Shown here in pieces: positions 13,201 to 23,973 of a stretch of DNA of 64,000 bases. Each line of letters begins with the position of its first letter. Positions within the stretch are counted from its first letter, which is position 1. The DNA comes from Tetramitus jugosus (taxonomy: Eukaryota > Protista > Heterolobosea): positions 62,001 through 126,000 of the forward strand of contig OW569389.1 in assembly GCA_937625935.1 (NCBI GenBank). The letters are read 5' to 3'. Under the pieces are notes generated by a model. That model did not search any database. It worked only from the letters and a program-made list of their open reading frames with translations, and was not told the origin of the DNA. The translations under genes were made by a program, and so were the position numbers.

Positions 13201-13966
13201 CATCACTCGTGAGAGCCATTGAGCTATAATAACTGGCAACAATTTGAGCAACCACCTTACCATCAAACGCACTCATATTGACAGCAACAGGTACAGATTC
13301 TGCCGCCGATAAGACTCCATGTCCCAGTTGGCCATAAAGACTCTGCCCCCATCCAAAGATCCTGCCATCGCTTGTCAATACAAGTGAATGAGCTTCACCT
13401 GCTGCCATTTGAGTAATCACTTTGCCATTCAACACACCATCCATCTTAACCATAACAGGGATGTTGCTAAATCTGATTGATGAATCATCACCCAACTGCC
13501 CTACATTGTTGGCGCCCCAGGTGTATAACTTTCCATCACTTCTCAACATGACCATGTGGTTGTGACCGGACACCAACTGTTTCACAGAGGAAGGATTTCC
13601 TTCTTTGCGAAAATAAATAGGAGTGGGTACCGTTCGATCCACAGTTGTCTCATCTCCCAATTGACCAACATCGTTGGCACCCCAAGTGTAAACAGTGCTT
13701 AACTCACCTTGAGAATCCACTGCTGCAGAATGGAATTTCCCTGCAGTGATCATGGTTAAATTGGTCTCATGAAAGAATGACCTCGCCAAATCCATGGCCT
13801 TGACCTCTGGGGCAACACTTAAATTGTCGTTGTTGTTGGTCCATGAGTAAACAACAGAAGATTCAATTCTTCTCCTTCTTTTGCATTCTACAGTCGGTAC
13901 TGACAAGAAGAATAAAATGAGAACCAGAAGGCAAAAAAGTGATCCATTTCGAGTTGTCACAAACAT
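10226..13966 (-). CDS. Receptor-like kinase: signal peptide, many RCC1 repeats, EGF-like repeats, TM helix, TKL kinase
   Basis: Repeated WGxNxxGQLG and AGxxH RCC1 units; CSGKGSC...CECISGYSGLNC EGF; TM LPILGMLLFIALIIVFIVLGL; EGAFG, VAVK, HRDLK, DFG. ATG 13966 precedes the signal peptide (ORF open from 14074). Confidence 0.93.
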   Translation of the reverse strand: MFVTTRNGSLFCLLVLILFFLSVPTVECKRRRRIESSVVYSWTNNNDNLSVAPEVKAMDLARSFFHETNLTMITAGKFHSAAVDSQGELSTVYTWGANDVGQLGDETTVDRTVPTPIYFRKEGNPSSVKQLVSGHNHMVMLRSDGKLYTWGANNVGQLGDDSSIRFSNIPVMVKMDGVLNGKVITQMAAGEAHSLVLTSDGRIFGWGQSLYGQLGHGVLSAAESVPVAVNMSAFDGKVVAQIVASYYSSMALTSDGTVFFWGSTDRRETFISSRVPITLNLSNVLQGNIVTQITIGYLHTVILTNDSKIYGWGSSVYGQLGNPNAKDIVPLKDIIAVDMSGQISGKRVVQIAAGGYHSLALTSDGLLYGWGKNQEGQLDSTLENHFTPALLEINTLINALNDSIIQVVAGEDHTLILTRKGKSYSWGKNEEGQLGNGRKEFSSNSVAVGMTGVLNNKTITNIVARAGVQGITATEHFVALTGDGNVYSWGTNVMGEVGDGTVITKQFPVSVDASGVLKDRVITQVALGDFFTVATADDGTVYSWGANNYGQMGDLSSLSRRQPVAVFMNGVLSGKTVTQVAAGRWHVVSIASDGKMYSWGYNLDGELGDETTQVRKLPVAVVTKGHLNDKRVVQVAAGSRHTVALTSDGALYLWGFDVGMLNIDILGRITFPIEVEKNEILKDKNITHLTAGYRHTTILTSDNQVYSWGLSDFGVYIPFENRPVRLSMNGLLNGKAVSQFVVNDECMIALTKDGKVGYWNFGGNYSTWIRTSNVNPDHGISSLFLGAGTMGFLGVTCERGYHGQDCELFECYGIEPKNEKRVCSGKGSCVDLDTCECISGYSGLNCSYPLCNGRLSNDKNVCSSNGVCHSPNKCICKHGYHGETCASNLRPLWTLPILGMLLFIALIIVFIVLGLHVRRRRREEQMKSELKACLLEEMGEYDVDNDFERGDFYIDMKEIKLINRISEGAFGVVFKGEWKSNMVAVKKMKVSDDESFIREVSILQSLRHPNILYLYGYSSNDSGDKFLITEYAVNGSLDKLIHKGNQSLKDFDQKMNVLCQIADTMAYLHGRNPRIVHRDLKPQNILLGENNHVRICDFGLSKITDSSFTMGRSYGTIEYCAPELLTHQGHDESVDIFSFGIIMHEMFILAPPYSQHEYSSVFTLGLDIVKGMRPPLQFDPFNSESNDSKVLVDFFLQSNTTNMLPSVIPLVVQDFYSLVTRCWDADVSKRPSFEEITTELDAIKKS

Positions 13967-14229
13967 TTGGTATTCTGTTGTTGATGTTTGCAAAAACTCC
14001 GGTTGGAAAAAAAGGAAAAAGCACGGAAATGGTCTAGTCCAATCTTTGAACATGGACTTGAATTCATGGTTCATCTACATGCCTGGAGAAGCCTTTCGAT
14101 CTAACAACCACTGTTGCAATTTTCCTTGTTCAATGTTCAAGAAATATCCCGCTGTTACAGCTGTTTTGAAATTTTTAATCTGAACACGGACTTCCAATTA
14201 ATTAAGTATTCTTTGAGGGAAGCCAGTTC

Positions 14230-14850
14230 TAAGAGACTCACTTTACTGTTCACAAATGTAATCCCTTTAAGCACCAGTCCCTCGTTCGATGGCATCTACC
14301 TCGATGCCCATCATTCCTTGAAGGTATTCTTTGCTGAACTTTCTGAAGAACAACTTCTTGATTGGTCTTCGCGTCAATTTGCCTTCCCTCAGTCCCAAAT
14401 TGTCAAACCAGATATCAATAAAACTATCTCGTGCCACTCCTAGCTCCACTAACTCGTTTCCTACTGTCATCGCAAGTAACCTTCGACTTTTAACTGCTCT
14501 GGGGCAGCGAATAAGACTGTGAAGGACAATTTCCGTTTCAAATTGACGCCATAAACACTTTTTCGGCTTCTCAGATGTGTTGTAAAGGTAATGTACGACC
14601 TCTGAGTGAAATGTGCCACTTCGGAGCTGTTCTTGGAACTATTCCAGTTTTCGGTCGACAACATGGTTACTTCATGAAAACGATGTCGACCCCACTGTTG
14701 TTTGCTGCTCGCTGCAACTACCATAGTTCACATACGTGCACTCTTCCGGTCCTCCCTTGATCGAGAACCAATTGTAGATGCTTCCTACGCTCTATCTGCA
14801 AGCTCCATTGTAAAACACAGGTTCAGATTCACCTACAACCTTATTTTTGG
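14230..14850 (-). mobile_element. Decayed LINE ORF2 C-terminal fragment upstream of the 5S gene
   Basis: Translates with stops as LQLVLDQGRTGRV..LQRAANNSGVD..LRSGTFH..HSLIRCPRAVKSRRLLAMTVG..IDIWFD..SKEYLQGMMG, colinear with 33630-34130. Ends are approximate. Confidence 0.85.
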
Positions 14851-14904
14851 ACCTCGATATCAGACTCTAAAATGGAGGAAGTTGTTCAGTTTTGCCTTCT
14901 GAAT

Positions 14905-15024
14905 GTCTACGTTCATACAATGGTGGAACCACCTCTTCCCACTTCGAATAGAGAATTTAAGCACCATCTGGCGGAGTTAGTATTGAGATAGGAGACTACT
15001 CGAGAACCCTCCGTAATGTAGGCT
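14905..15024 (+). rRNA. 5S rRNA gene (variant copy)
   Basis: 120 nt GTCTAC...GTAGGCT plus TTTT terminator, with AAGC box A, GTTAGTA loop E and GGAGAC. Four differences from the other two copies. Confidence 0.95.
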
Positions 15025-15122
15025 TTTAATTCCGTGCTCGGTCTCTGGCCAAGTTTGTGGCATTGGCTGACTCGAAGTGAGAAATCTCTTGTTTTATTGG
15101 TCTACATTCATGAAGGTTTGTT

Positions 15123-15536
15123 TTATTCTTCGTTGGTAGAAGCTGACATATGGTCGATCCTCTGCACTAGTGCTTTCACTCTCTTCTCCTGTAACTCAAA
15201 GGTTGAGCTAAAATGATGTAACTTATCTTGATACGCTTCTAACACCAAATTGACCTGCTCTTGAGTGTAAATCTTTACTCTTCTGAGAGAAATCTGTTGT
15301 CCATTAGATGTGTCTACCATAATTTCGTCAATCTTGGACAATTCTTCTTGTAGCAACAACTCATTGCCTTGTTCAATTGAAGGAGAAGACTCGGTGTCTG
15401 ACAAACTTGAACCATACACGAAACCTTCTTGTACAACTAGATTTGACACAACAGTCCTTATGAAATGGTCGATACTCTCAGAATCGGTGGTAGAGCTAAG
15501 CTTTTCTTTTTCTACAGACATTTGAGAAGCAACCAC
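15123..15536 (-). CDS. Hypothetical acidic/coiled-coil ORF, possibly a relic
   Basis: 137-codon ORF with no recognisable motif. Confidence 0.25.
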   Translation of the reverse strand: MVASQMSVEKEKLSSTTDSESIDHFIRTVVSNLVVQEGFVYGSSLSDTESSPSIEQGNELLLQEELSKIDEIMVDTSNGQQISLRRVKIYTQEQVNLVLEAYQDKLHHFSSTFELQEKRVKALVQRIDHMSASTNEE

Positions 15537-15756
15537 TGCTTTTACTATTGTGTCAGACTAGCTCTAATTTTCTATCGCTGTAATCCCTGACGTGCATATG
15601 TTCCCCCTGAATTTTCCCTCGTTGTATTTCCCCTGCTGACAAGGAATACACCCCACATCCAAGAAAAAACACGAAAATCAACACCACACCCAACACACTA
15701 CTGATACAAAAAAATTTCCTACTCATCATAATTCTACATACTTCAACATTGATACA

Positions 15757-16488
15757 ATGCCAAGAGAACCATCAAACAAGAAAACTAGGACTTCCAAACC
15801 AGCTCTAAAAGCTAAAACAAAAGCTCCCAAAGCTTCAAAGAGCAAGAGAGAAGTAAAGAATCAAGAAGAAGAAAGAACGTCCATCCAGAGACAAAAGACC
15901 AATGAACCATGCGTCATTTTGGAAAACGAAACTGAAAATCCAGAGCAAGTTTCTCTTCCTCAAGAAACAGCAGTACCAATACAACAATTACAAGAAACAA
16001 CCGTTGGAAATCAAAGTGCAACAACTTCAAAGCTTTCTGTAAACTCCAGTGAAAGTCATGAAAAAATTCCAAAAAGATCAAACTATGGATACTCGTACAA
16101 GGAATCTCAAGAGAGCTATATGATACATAACTTGTTAGAAACAAGTTCAAGTACTGTCTCTCAACCAATAAACCACAACAACAAAGAGCAAGAGGTGACA
16201 ACCATGTACCCTTCTGATGAAGATGAGCACCATGAAGAGTCAGAAAGGTTCATCAGAACATCACATGATGATTTTGATGCATCCTTTTTCTTCGATACAG
16301 AGGATAACATCATGTGGTACGGGGAGCCAAGGATTGACGACTGGTTTGATTCCGATGGTTGTGAGCATGAAGTTCCGTACACTGAGAAACAATTCCCAAA
16401 GTTCCCTATTGTGTATTTTACTGCAGCTCAATTACTGTCAAAGACTCAAGCAGACCGAGAACTCTCGCAACACGAAATCGTAGAATAA
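15757..16488 (+). CDS. Hypothetical protein, basic N-terminus (may be the 5' part of the next gene)
   Basis: 243 aa ORF with ATG after an A/C-rich leader typical of real genes in this window. Confidence 0.6.
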   Translation: MPREPSNKKTRTSKPALKAKTKAPKASKSKREVKNQEEERTSIQRQKTNEPCVILENETENPEQVSLPQETAVPIQQLQETTVGNQSATTSKLSVNSSESHEKIPKRSNYGYSYKESQESYMIHNLLETSSSTVSQPINHNNKEQEVTTMYPSDEDEHHEESERFIRTSHDDFDASFFFDTEDNIMWYGEPRIDDWFDSDGCEHEVPYTEKQFPKFPIVYFTAAQLLSKTQADRELSQHEIVE

Positions 16489-16633
16489 AATGGAAAGATC
16501 AAAATGGCGCTAAACCTCTGAAAGGAACAAACTCTCGACCATTGCTTTGAATCGAGAGAAAAGAGCCAACTAGTTCAAATCGACACTATCTTTCAGTCTC
16601 TTTGTAGATTCGAACTGAACAGAGAACCTAAAG

Positions 16634-18283
16634 ATGAACAAACGATTCAAGTCTTGTCTACCCAAGTACTTAGAGCTTGAGAAAAGTAAACACACGGATG
16701 TGGGAGATGACGACGACTTTATCCGATTCACCCAAGCAGCCAATGATTATTTTGCTGTAGTGGAAGAAAACCAAACCAAGAATGCTATTAATTCAACAAA
16801 CAATTCCATACAAGAGGATGTCAGAGGAACAGAACCTCCTTCAATACCGAATCCGTTTGATCCAGAAGATGGGGCTAATCAACCTCCAATTGATTTTTTA
16901 GCACCACCCATACTTGGTCCATCTATAGATACCCGAAGGAACAACGCAAGTCATGATGTTGGACATCCAAAAGAACAACTCTCGCCGAAGAATAATCGAG
17001 ATCTGCGGAGGAACAAGGGTAGCGTCCTAAATCGCTCCACAGTGGATCTAACTCAAATTATGCTCACATCAAGTCCTATTAGCAGCCCCAAAGGTCAACC
17101 AGAAACTCCAACTAACATGATGGTATCGCCTCGGAACAAAATGTTCAGCAGAAAAACGTTGTTGGCAAATGTGGATTGGGGAGTAAACTCTCCAAAGAAT
17201 AATTCAACTCCAAGTCCAAGAAACCAAATTCTGAATCCCGATGATATAAGCCCGTCAGTAAGAAACAATGTTGCTTCTTTGTTGAACCAAAGTAAACAAG
17301 TATCAGAGGTCAATTCTCTCAAGGAACAACGAAAATCATCAACAAATCAACAAGTACTACCCAGCTTAGTGAGAAAGGGAGAAATTGACTGGGGAGAGGT
17401 CGCAGCTTCGGATAACAACACAGTTACATTGTTTGTGATTCATCCAAGCGTTAGTTTATCAGAAACAGCTGAAACTGATGAAAGACCCGATGCCGGTGGA
17501 CTCAAACCCATATCGAGAAACTTCCTTACTTTTACAACAGTACATGAGGCCATCCAAACAGCATGTGACATTTCAATGACCATCAATGTCCATATAAAGA
17601 TCTCAAGAGGACAATACTTCGAAGAGAAAAATCTGAAGAAAATCCAACGACCCAACCTATGGATAGAAGGAGAGAGAGGAGTCTATATGTTTGTTGAAAA
17701 CTTGAGAATTGTATCTCCATTCGTTTTCTTTACTACCTTGTACCTACAATTTAAGAATTTAATCGTCGAACAAGGAAGAGTGTCATTCACCAATGTCAGA
17801 TTCCCTGCTGGTCATAACATTATGGCAAAGTTCAATACACACGAAGTTACTTTCGATAGCTGCAGATTCTCGAAGGGAAAGTTCTCTCTTGGGCAACATA
17901 CTTCATTTAAGGAGGCAACTCATACATTCAGAAATTGTCGAATAACAAGATGTGAATGCAGTCTGAGTCACTGCTATGTGAACTATGAGTTTTGTCTACT
18001 CGATGATTGCGTTTTAACTATTGTTGACAATGCGGAACTATGTGTTGAGAGCACCACCTTCACGGGAGGTCGCATAGATGTTCGCAAGTACAAGAAAGGA
18101 GTGAATGGCTCTTTGTTTAGGAGATGCAATTTTGATTCCAGTGCTGTCACAGCAAAAAGAGGAACCAATCTATTCTCAAAGTGCGATTTCCAGAATTCAA
18201 ATCCTGAAACTGAGAAGAAGGATAATACAACTACTCCTCGCTCGATCCCATCACCCTCCGGAAGTCCCACAGTAAAAAATTGA
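16634..18283 (+). CDS. Hypothetical protein: degenerate J-domain-like segment, SP-rich linker, right-handed beta-helix-like C-terminus
   Basis: KYLELEKSKHTDVGDDDDFIRFTQA resembles a J-domain with HPD changed to HTD. FTTVHEAI..IKISRGQYFE and repeated FxxCxF motifs suggest a pectin-lyase-like fold. Confidence 0.6.
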   Translation: MNKRFKSCLPKYLELEKSKHTDVGDDDDFIRFTQAANDYFAVVEENQTKNAINSTNNSIQEDVRGTEPPSIPNPFDPEDGANQPPIDFLAPPILGPSIDTRRNNASHDVGHPKEQLSPKNNRDLRRNKGSVLNRSTVDLTQIMLTSSPISSPKGQPETPTNMMVSPRNKMFSRKTLLANVDWGVNSPKNNSTPSPRNQILNPDDISPSVRNNVASLLNQSKQVSEVNSLKEQRKSSTNQQVLPSLVRKGEIDWGEVAASDNNTVTLFVIHPSVSLSETAETDERPDAGGLKPISRNFLTFTTVHEAIQTACDISMTINVHIKISRGQYFEEKNLKKIQRPNLWIEGERGVYMFVENLRIVSPFVFFTTLYLQFKNLIVEQGRVSFTNVRFPAGHNIMAKFNTHEVTFDSCRFSKGKFSLGQHTSFKEATHTFRNCRITRCECSLSHCYVNYEFCLLDDCVLTIVDNAELCVESTTFTGGRIDVRKYKKGVNGSLFRRCNFDSSAVTAKRGTNLFSKCDFQNSNPETEKKDNTTTPRSIPSPSGSPTVKN

Positions 18284-18464
18284 GCTCTTCAAAAACAGAA
18301 AGATGGAATTTTGTTGCCGTAGTAGGGCGGATAATTCCAAGAGAGCCTAAAATCCTCCTATGTAGTAACGCTAGCTGTACAGTTGGGGTGTTTGGGAAAT
18401 AACTCCATTGGGCAAGTGCACAAGAATTTTGTTTCCCTGAATCCAAGAAAATAGAGAAGAGAAT

Positions 18465-21400
18465 ATGGCGAAACGAATCATCGATCTTAAGTTCAAAGCT
18501 CTGACGATCACATTGATCTGTTTCCTGTGTCTGTTCACCTTTGATGTGTTTATTCACGGTCAGAGCAATACTACTTGCTTCAATGTTTCGTCAGAAGAGG
18601 TATGTAGCGGTCATGGAGTGTGTAATGCCACTGATACCTGTGCTTGTGACACCTCGTATCATGGCCTACTATGTGAAATTCAAGTATCGAATTTTACATT
18701 GTCTCCTAGTGGTAATTCAATGACTGCCACAATTGCTAGCCCTCATAATCTGTTGGCTCAAGACGAGGTCAGTTGTGAACCATTCTTCTCAAATTCATCC
18801 CTAGTTCTATTGGCCGATAGTTCATGTACCTTTTCCGATTCGGTTCTCTTGGTGCGATTTTCCCCCAGAACAAATCTCAACCTTGGCCATGTAGTTCAGG
18901 TCAAGCTCTATCCCACAATAGCCAACGTGAACATCAATTATCCCACCTCTGAACAATTCTATGTTGAATTGATCGTGCATGAAAGCGCCAGCCCCAAGAA
19001 ACCGACTGCAGTTCTAACCAGTTCAAGTGGAAAGTTTGCCTTCAATTGTCTGCCTGTAACCTTAGATGCGAGCCAATCTTCCTCACCAGATCTGCGACAT
19101 ATCATCGATTTCCAATACTCAGCCATTCATTCTAACTTAGATGTCCAACAAAGAATGAATCAGTTTCTACAGGGATACTCTGGTTCTCCTTCAGTGATCA
19201 TCCCACCAGCTCAATTGGTTTCAGGAACCCCTTATCAGTTTAAAGTAGAGATAACTTCGTTTTTGGGGTATAGTTCGACACAAACGACTATGGTTACATA
19301 CTTTAATGTTCCTCAACCTCGAATTTCTTCGCGATACAGTGACATTTCTGTTCGACGAAATGAACAGTACCTTATCGAGGCAGATGTCGAAGTGTCCACT
19401 TCATGCGGTGAATTTCCAGTCGAACTCACATGGATAAGGACTCAAGGACCAAACTTCAACGTAGGGAACAATGGTCTATCGCACTATGTCATTGAGCCAT
19501 TCACTTTTCCAAAAGCGAATGAGAAATACTACCTGAGTCTAACTGCGTCGGTGAGAGGAAGTGTTTCAACAAGCAACCTTTTCACCTTTGTGATACACGT
19601 TCCGCAGGAAGAGCTCAAGTTAGTTATCAATGGCGGAGATAGAGACCATCTTTTTGACAGAGAGTTATGCCTATCAACTATAACGTCTGACACAGAACTA
19701 TCCAGTGAACCGGGAACTTTCTACTGGTTCTCTGTTCAGAATAGCAGTTCAAACTATCGGTTTCCCGATATCAGAAATGAATCAAAGTTATCTTTACCTG
19801 CTTCGTCCCTTAGTCCCGGGAAGTATGTATTTGGAGTTGCTTTCTCAAAGGGAGACCGTTCTATCTCACGAACTGTAACCATCAACATCATTAATCCTCA
19901 GGGAAGAGCTCCATCCACACTTATATCAAAGATACCTGATAACAATATGATAGATTCTCAGCAAGCACTGCAACTTCAAGGAGGAGTCACCAACTTTGCC
20001 CAAACGATTGTTAATTTTCGGTGGAGTATATTGGAAGATAATATTTCACACTACCTTAGTAATGTTGAGGATGTTAGTAAACCAGCGATACAACTGCGAC
20101 CAAACTCGCTCGAATCAGGGAGAGACTATACCTTTCAACTTACAACTCGTATGAGAGGAGAGAATTACAATGATTTACCCACAACTGCAAACGTAACAAT
20201 ATCTATCGCAAACAAACCTGATGAAGTAGTTTGGACAACAACTCCTTCAATAGGCTACGCACTCTCAACAAAATTTACTCTATCCTGTTTGAGTTGTTAC
20301 AATCCCTCGAAGAACTATCAATATTCTTTTGCCATTTTCGACCATCGAGGAAGAAATAGAACGATAGATCTCACCTCGATACCTACTTCTCAACCATGGA
20401 TAAGTACAGTATTGCCTCAACCAAGTCTAAGAGAAGACTCGTTATCTATTAAGATAACCATAACGGATTTACAGACCGGAGGATACAGAGAACAATTTAT
20501 CAAAGTGATAGTTCTTCCTCCGAATATAGATGTGTTATCATATGATACAATTACAAGATATGTATCAACCTCAATGACGACTATGTTTCTTGATCAGATT
20601 CCAACGGAATTGAATATCGCGAGAACAATCCTAGTCCATGCAACACAATTAAACAGGCCTCTGCTACTGGAAGCCGATGATGTTGACAACGAACAATTCT
20701 GTCCCAACCAATGCCATCAGCAGAATAGTCAAGGGAAATGTATTGACAACCACTGTGAATGTGTGACCCCTTACGTCGGAGTTGATTGCTCACTGAAAGC
20801 GAAACAACTAGAAGATAGAGTAAGACTGAGAGAAAGTATGATTGATGGACTCCAAGGTTTGTCTCCACCAACAACGAGAAGTCAACTGGATTCAAGAATG
20901 AATGCATTGAATCAAATTGGTGCATACTCGGTAGAAATTGATTTTAGTTTATTTCATCGAATTACATCGTACCTAAACACCACTTTGGCAGGAACTACAT
21001 TCTCCTTGGATGAATCGGTGTTTTATTCAATTATTTCCCTACTGGATAGATTGATGATTCGTTCTGCTTTCCTTTCTAGATACTTGGAGGAAAGCGAAGC
21101 TAAATATTCAGTTGAATCTGTTCAATCGATTGTAAGTGAACTGTTATCTCGCCGTCTAGGCTCTTTACTTCCGGGTCAACCTCCAGAACAGTATCTTCAC
21201 GAATACCTCAGGGTTGCGATTATGACAGACTATGTGTATATGATTGACTCGAGCTCGATAGTGTTACCAGATTATCGTAACGGTACTCAAGGAAATATTG
21301 CATTACTCATTCCTATCCATTTCTCAAAATCTCTGTTGGACATTGATGGAACTCTCAATTCTCTAATCGGTGTAAAAGTTTACTCTTTTGGTACCAACCC

Positions 21401-22160
21401 GTACCCGTATGTGAACCTAATCAACAGCACCCTAGCATCTGATATCTGGTTTGTTGATTTTGAAATGGATGGAGTTCCTATCAAGGCTTCCTTGATCTAT
21501 CCCATGACTATGGTTGTGAGGGGCATTTTCGATTTCAATGTTAGTGATCCCAATTCCGAATTCAGACTCATTCCAGTGTGTAGATACTGGAATGAAGATC
21601 TCAGAACTTGGAAGAAGGATGGGTTATCCGTCGCATCGTATTCCTCATCTCATGTTGAATGCCACGCAACACACAACACAGCATTCGCAATTTTCATTGA
21701 GAGAGTCTTGAATAGTGCATCATCGGAACCTGAGAGTATTAATTCATCGGAAAAGAAGAAGGTGGAAAAGAAAAACTTGGTTGGTTTATGGGTGTCTCTC
21801 TGCATTTTAGCTGTAGGTGTATTGATATCGTGCTGTCTTATCACTTGCATCGTATGTGTTATTCGAATCAAATCGAAATCAAGACCTCCAAGGAAACGAA
21901 GAATTCGAGCTCGAAAGATTACTGATGTTTCATTTGATCGAGTATCCAGTCATAGTCGTGGTAGTTTGACATCGGACCACATTGCAGAACAGGCCCAGGA
22001 AACCACTTCCGAACACTCACATCAGACTGAAACCCAACTAGAATGTTCATCAACTCGATCTACTCCTTACATCATCTCAATTTCTCCTTCTCCTCCTTCT
22101 TCTCGACCAACCAGTTCTCCCCAAACTCTTGTCGAGCTCACCGAAGTGATCGCCAGCTAA
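18465..22160 (+). CDS. EGF + REJ (PKD/REJ-like) + GPS domain single-pass membrane protein
   Basis: Signal peptide; EGF CSGHGVC; TLDASQSSSPD REJ start; second EGF; CRYWNE..W..G..CHATHNTAFAI GPS; C-terminal TM helix. Confidence 0.88.
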   Translation: MAKRIIDLKFKALTITLICFLCLFTFDVFIHGQSNTTCFNVSSEEVCSGHGVCNATDTCACDTSYHGLLCEIQVSNFTLSPSGNSMTATIASPHNLLAQDEVSCEPFFSNSSLVLLADSSCTFSDSVLLVRFSPRTNLNLGHVVQVKLYPTIANVNINYPTSEQFYVELIVHESASPKKPTAVLTSSSGKFAFNCLPVTLDASQSSSPDLRHIIDFQYSAIHSNLDVQQRMNQFLQGYSGSPSVIIPPAQLVSGTPYQFKVEITSFLGYSSTQTTMVTYFNVPQPRISSRYSDISVRRNEQYLIEADVEVSTSCGEFPVELTWIRTQGPNFNVGNNGLSHYVIEPFTFPKANEKYYLSLTASVRGSVSTSNLFTFVIHVPQEELKLVINGGDRDHLFDRELCLSTITSDTELSSEPGTFYWFSVQNSSSNYRFPDIRNESKLSLPASSLSPGKYVFGVAFSKGDRSISRTVTINIINPQGRAPSTLISKIPDNNMIDSQQALQLQGGVTNFAQTIVNFRWSILEDNISHYLSNVEDVSKPAIQLRPNSLESGRDYTFQLTTRMRGENYNDLPTTANVTISIANKPDEVVWTTTPSIGYALSTKFTLSCLSCYNPSKNYQYSFAIFDHRGRNRTIDLTSIPTSQPWISTVLPQPSLREDSLSIKITITDLQTGGYREQFIKVIVLPPNIDVLSYDTITRYVSTSMTTMFLDQIPTELNIARTILVHATQLNRPLLLEADDVDNEQFCPNQCHQQNSQGKCIDNHCECVTPYVGVDCSLKAKQLEDRVRLRESMIDGLQGLSPPTTRSQLDSRMNALNQIGAYSVEIDFSLFHRITSYLNTTLAGTTFSLDESVFYSIISLLDRLMIRSAFLSRYLEESEAKYSVESVQSIVSELLSRRLGSLLPGQPPEQYLHEYLRVAIMTDYVYMIDSSSIVLPDYRNGTQGNIALLIPIHFSKSLLDIDGTLNSLIGVKVYSFGTNPYPYVNLINSTLASDIWFVDFEMDGVPIKASLIYPMTMVVRGIFDFNVSDPNSEFRLIPVCRYWNEDLRTWKKDGLSVASYSSSHVECHATHNTAFAIFIERVLNSASSEPESINSSEKKKVEKKNLVGLWVSLCILAVGVLISCCLITCIVCVIRIKSKSRPPRKRRIRARKITDVSFDRVSSHSRGSLTSDHIAEQAQETTSEHSHQTETQLECSSTRSTPYIISISPSPPSSRPTSSPQTLVELTEVIAS

Positions 22161-22380
22161 CAACGCTGGGCCAGTTGTTTTAAACAGCTAACAACTTCTG
22201 CATATTGTAAACGAGGAGGAGGAGAAATAAACAAAAACACCTCCCGAATGGGGAGTTCGCAAATTCCACAACACAGTCTTTTCCTCATCGGAGAAAACAA
22301 ACTTCGAAAGTCAAAAACCAAATTAGAGCTCAAAAACCAAAGACAATAGTGCTGATTGAGAGTTGAGAGAGACAAAAAAA

Positions 22381-23973
22381 ATGATAGAAACGATATCAAG
22401 TTATTATCATCACATGATATCATCATCACTCATCGTCACAACAGCAACCACAACATTCAATAGTCATATTAACAATAACAATAATAATAGTGATCATGAT
22501 ATGATGATGATGAAGAATCAAACCATTTATTATGCACACAATCTAGTTGCCAAAATCAATTGGGAACAATTTCCAATGGGTGTCATTTTTCTATCCTTGT
22601 CATTGATGGCATTCGTGTGGCTTGTTTCACTCAGAGGAGTCTTTAAAAATCAAATTTTGTTGCAGAGACAGCTCTTTATGTTCTTGTGCCTTCATTTTTT
22701 ATGTACGTCAGTCAACAAGCGCTTTTTTTACATCATGTTGTTGTTTTGAGTTCTTATTGTTTGTTCGCTTGTCTGTTTGAAAATTGCAAGCTTCATTTTA
22801 TTAACATTTTATGAATTTGTTTGTTGTTTTTTTGATTGAAGCACGAGGTGTTCAACAAGCCATTTTGCATCAATTTTGCTTTAGAGACCTGGACAATCGT
22901 CCCTCTTATTGCTATTACATGGATCGTGTGAGCATGACACTGGATCTATTGTCAAGTGCACTTAATTTTACCATTTATTCCATTCTAGTGTCATTCTGGG
23001 CTGAAAAGTACTATGGGATGCGAAGAGAGAATGGTGGTTTTCATTCCATGTTTTTCCTGTTGAGAAATCATAGCTCTGATTTTTCATTGGAAAAAATTCG
23101 TCGTCGCATCAATGTGCTCTTTTGGCTCTTTCAAGTTTTGGCCTATGGAATCGTGCTCGTGCTCATTGTGCTCGTCTGGTCCATTCCCAATGGAAAATTT
23201 TCATTTTCTACGGCGGCATATCAATATTCCCGAATGAGTGCGCGCGTTTTGTTGTCTACGGGAGTTTGTTTGGGTCTGTTGGTTTATGGCGGGAGAGTGT
23301 ACATGCACTTTAGAAACAGTTTTTCAACGCAGAGAAATTTATCAAAAGTCGCTTATATTACACTGTATTGTGGAAGTTGTTATTTTGTGTTGGTTGTGTC
23401 AAATGTGGTGACGACGCCACTGTTTGAAGTGTATGGAATGTTTCGATACTCTTGGATCTTTTTCAATGTGTTTAGGTGAGTGTTTGCGAGTCATTGTTTG
23501 TTGTTGTTGTTGTTGTGCATTGGACGTCCAAAAAATTGACACTTTAATGTTGATTTAAAAAACAAATCAATCTTGGCGAACAATTGATGATTGCATGTGT
23601 GTGTGTGTGTGTGTGTGTAAATCTATGTGTGTGCGTGCGAATGAAAATTCATATGTGTGGTGTAAACAGCTTGATTGAAATATCGGCAAATCTAGTACTG
23701 TTGTTAGTGTTGACACCGAGATTGATATTGAACGCGATTGGAAGACTATTTTGTCGAAAACCGTCACAAAACTCGGAGAGCGCCTTCATTAATGCAAATG
23801 TGAATCCAATGTACTATGATCCAAAGTATCTCGATGTTGATTACGATTATAAGCCGACACCATTTTCGCAGACATATTTGGACAATTATGAATACAGCGA
23901 CGAGTATTCTGATTCGGAGGAGGACTCTGGAACGCAATCAATCTTTGAAGACACGAAATACTATTCCGGGTAA
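22381..23973 (+). CDS. Multi-pass membrane protein (THH1/TOM1/TOM3- or GPCR-like), 3 exons
   Basis: Introns 22703-22841 (gtacgt..aag) and 23476-23669 (gtgagt..cag) join three ORFs in frame. FTIYSILVSFWAE and LLVYGGRVY motifs. Start codon uncertain. Confidence 0.75.

Noticed and set aside
23596-23640. (TG)n tract read as Cys/Val codons
   Set aside because: Microsatellite within intron 23476-23669.
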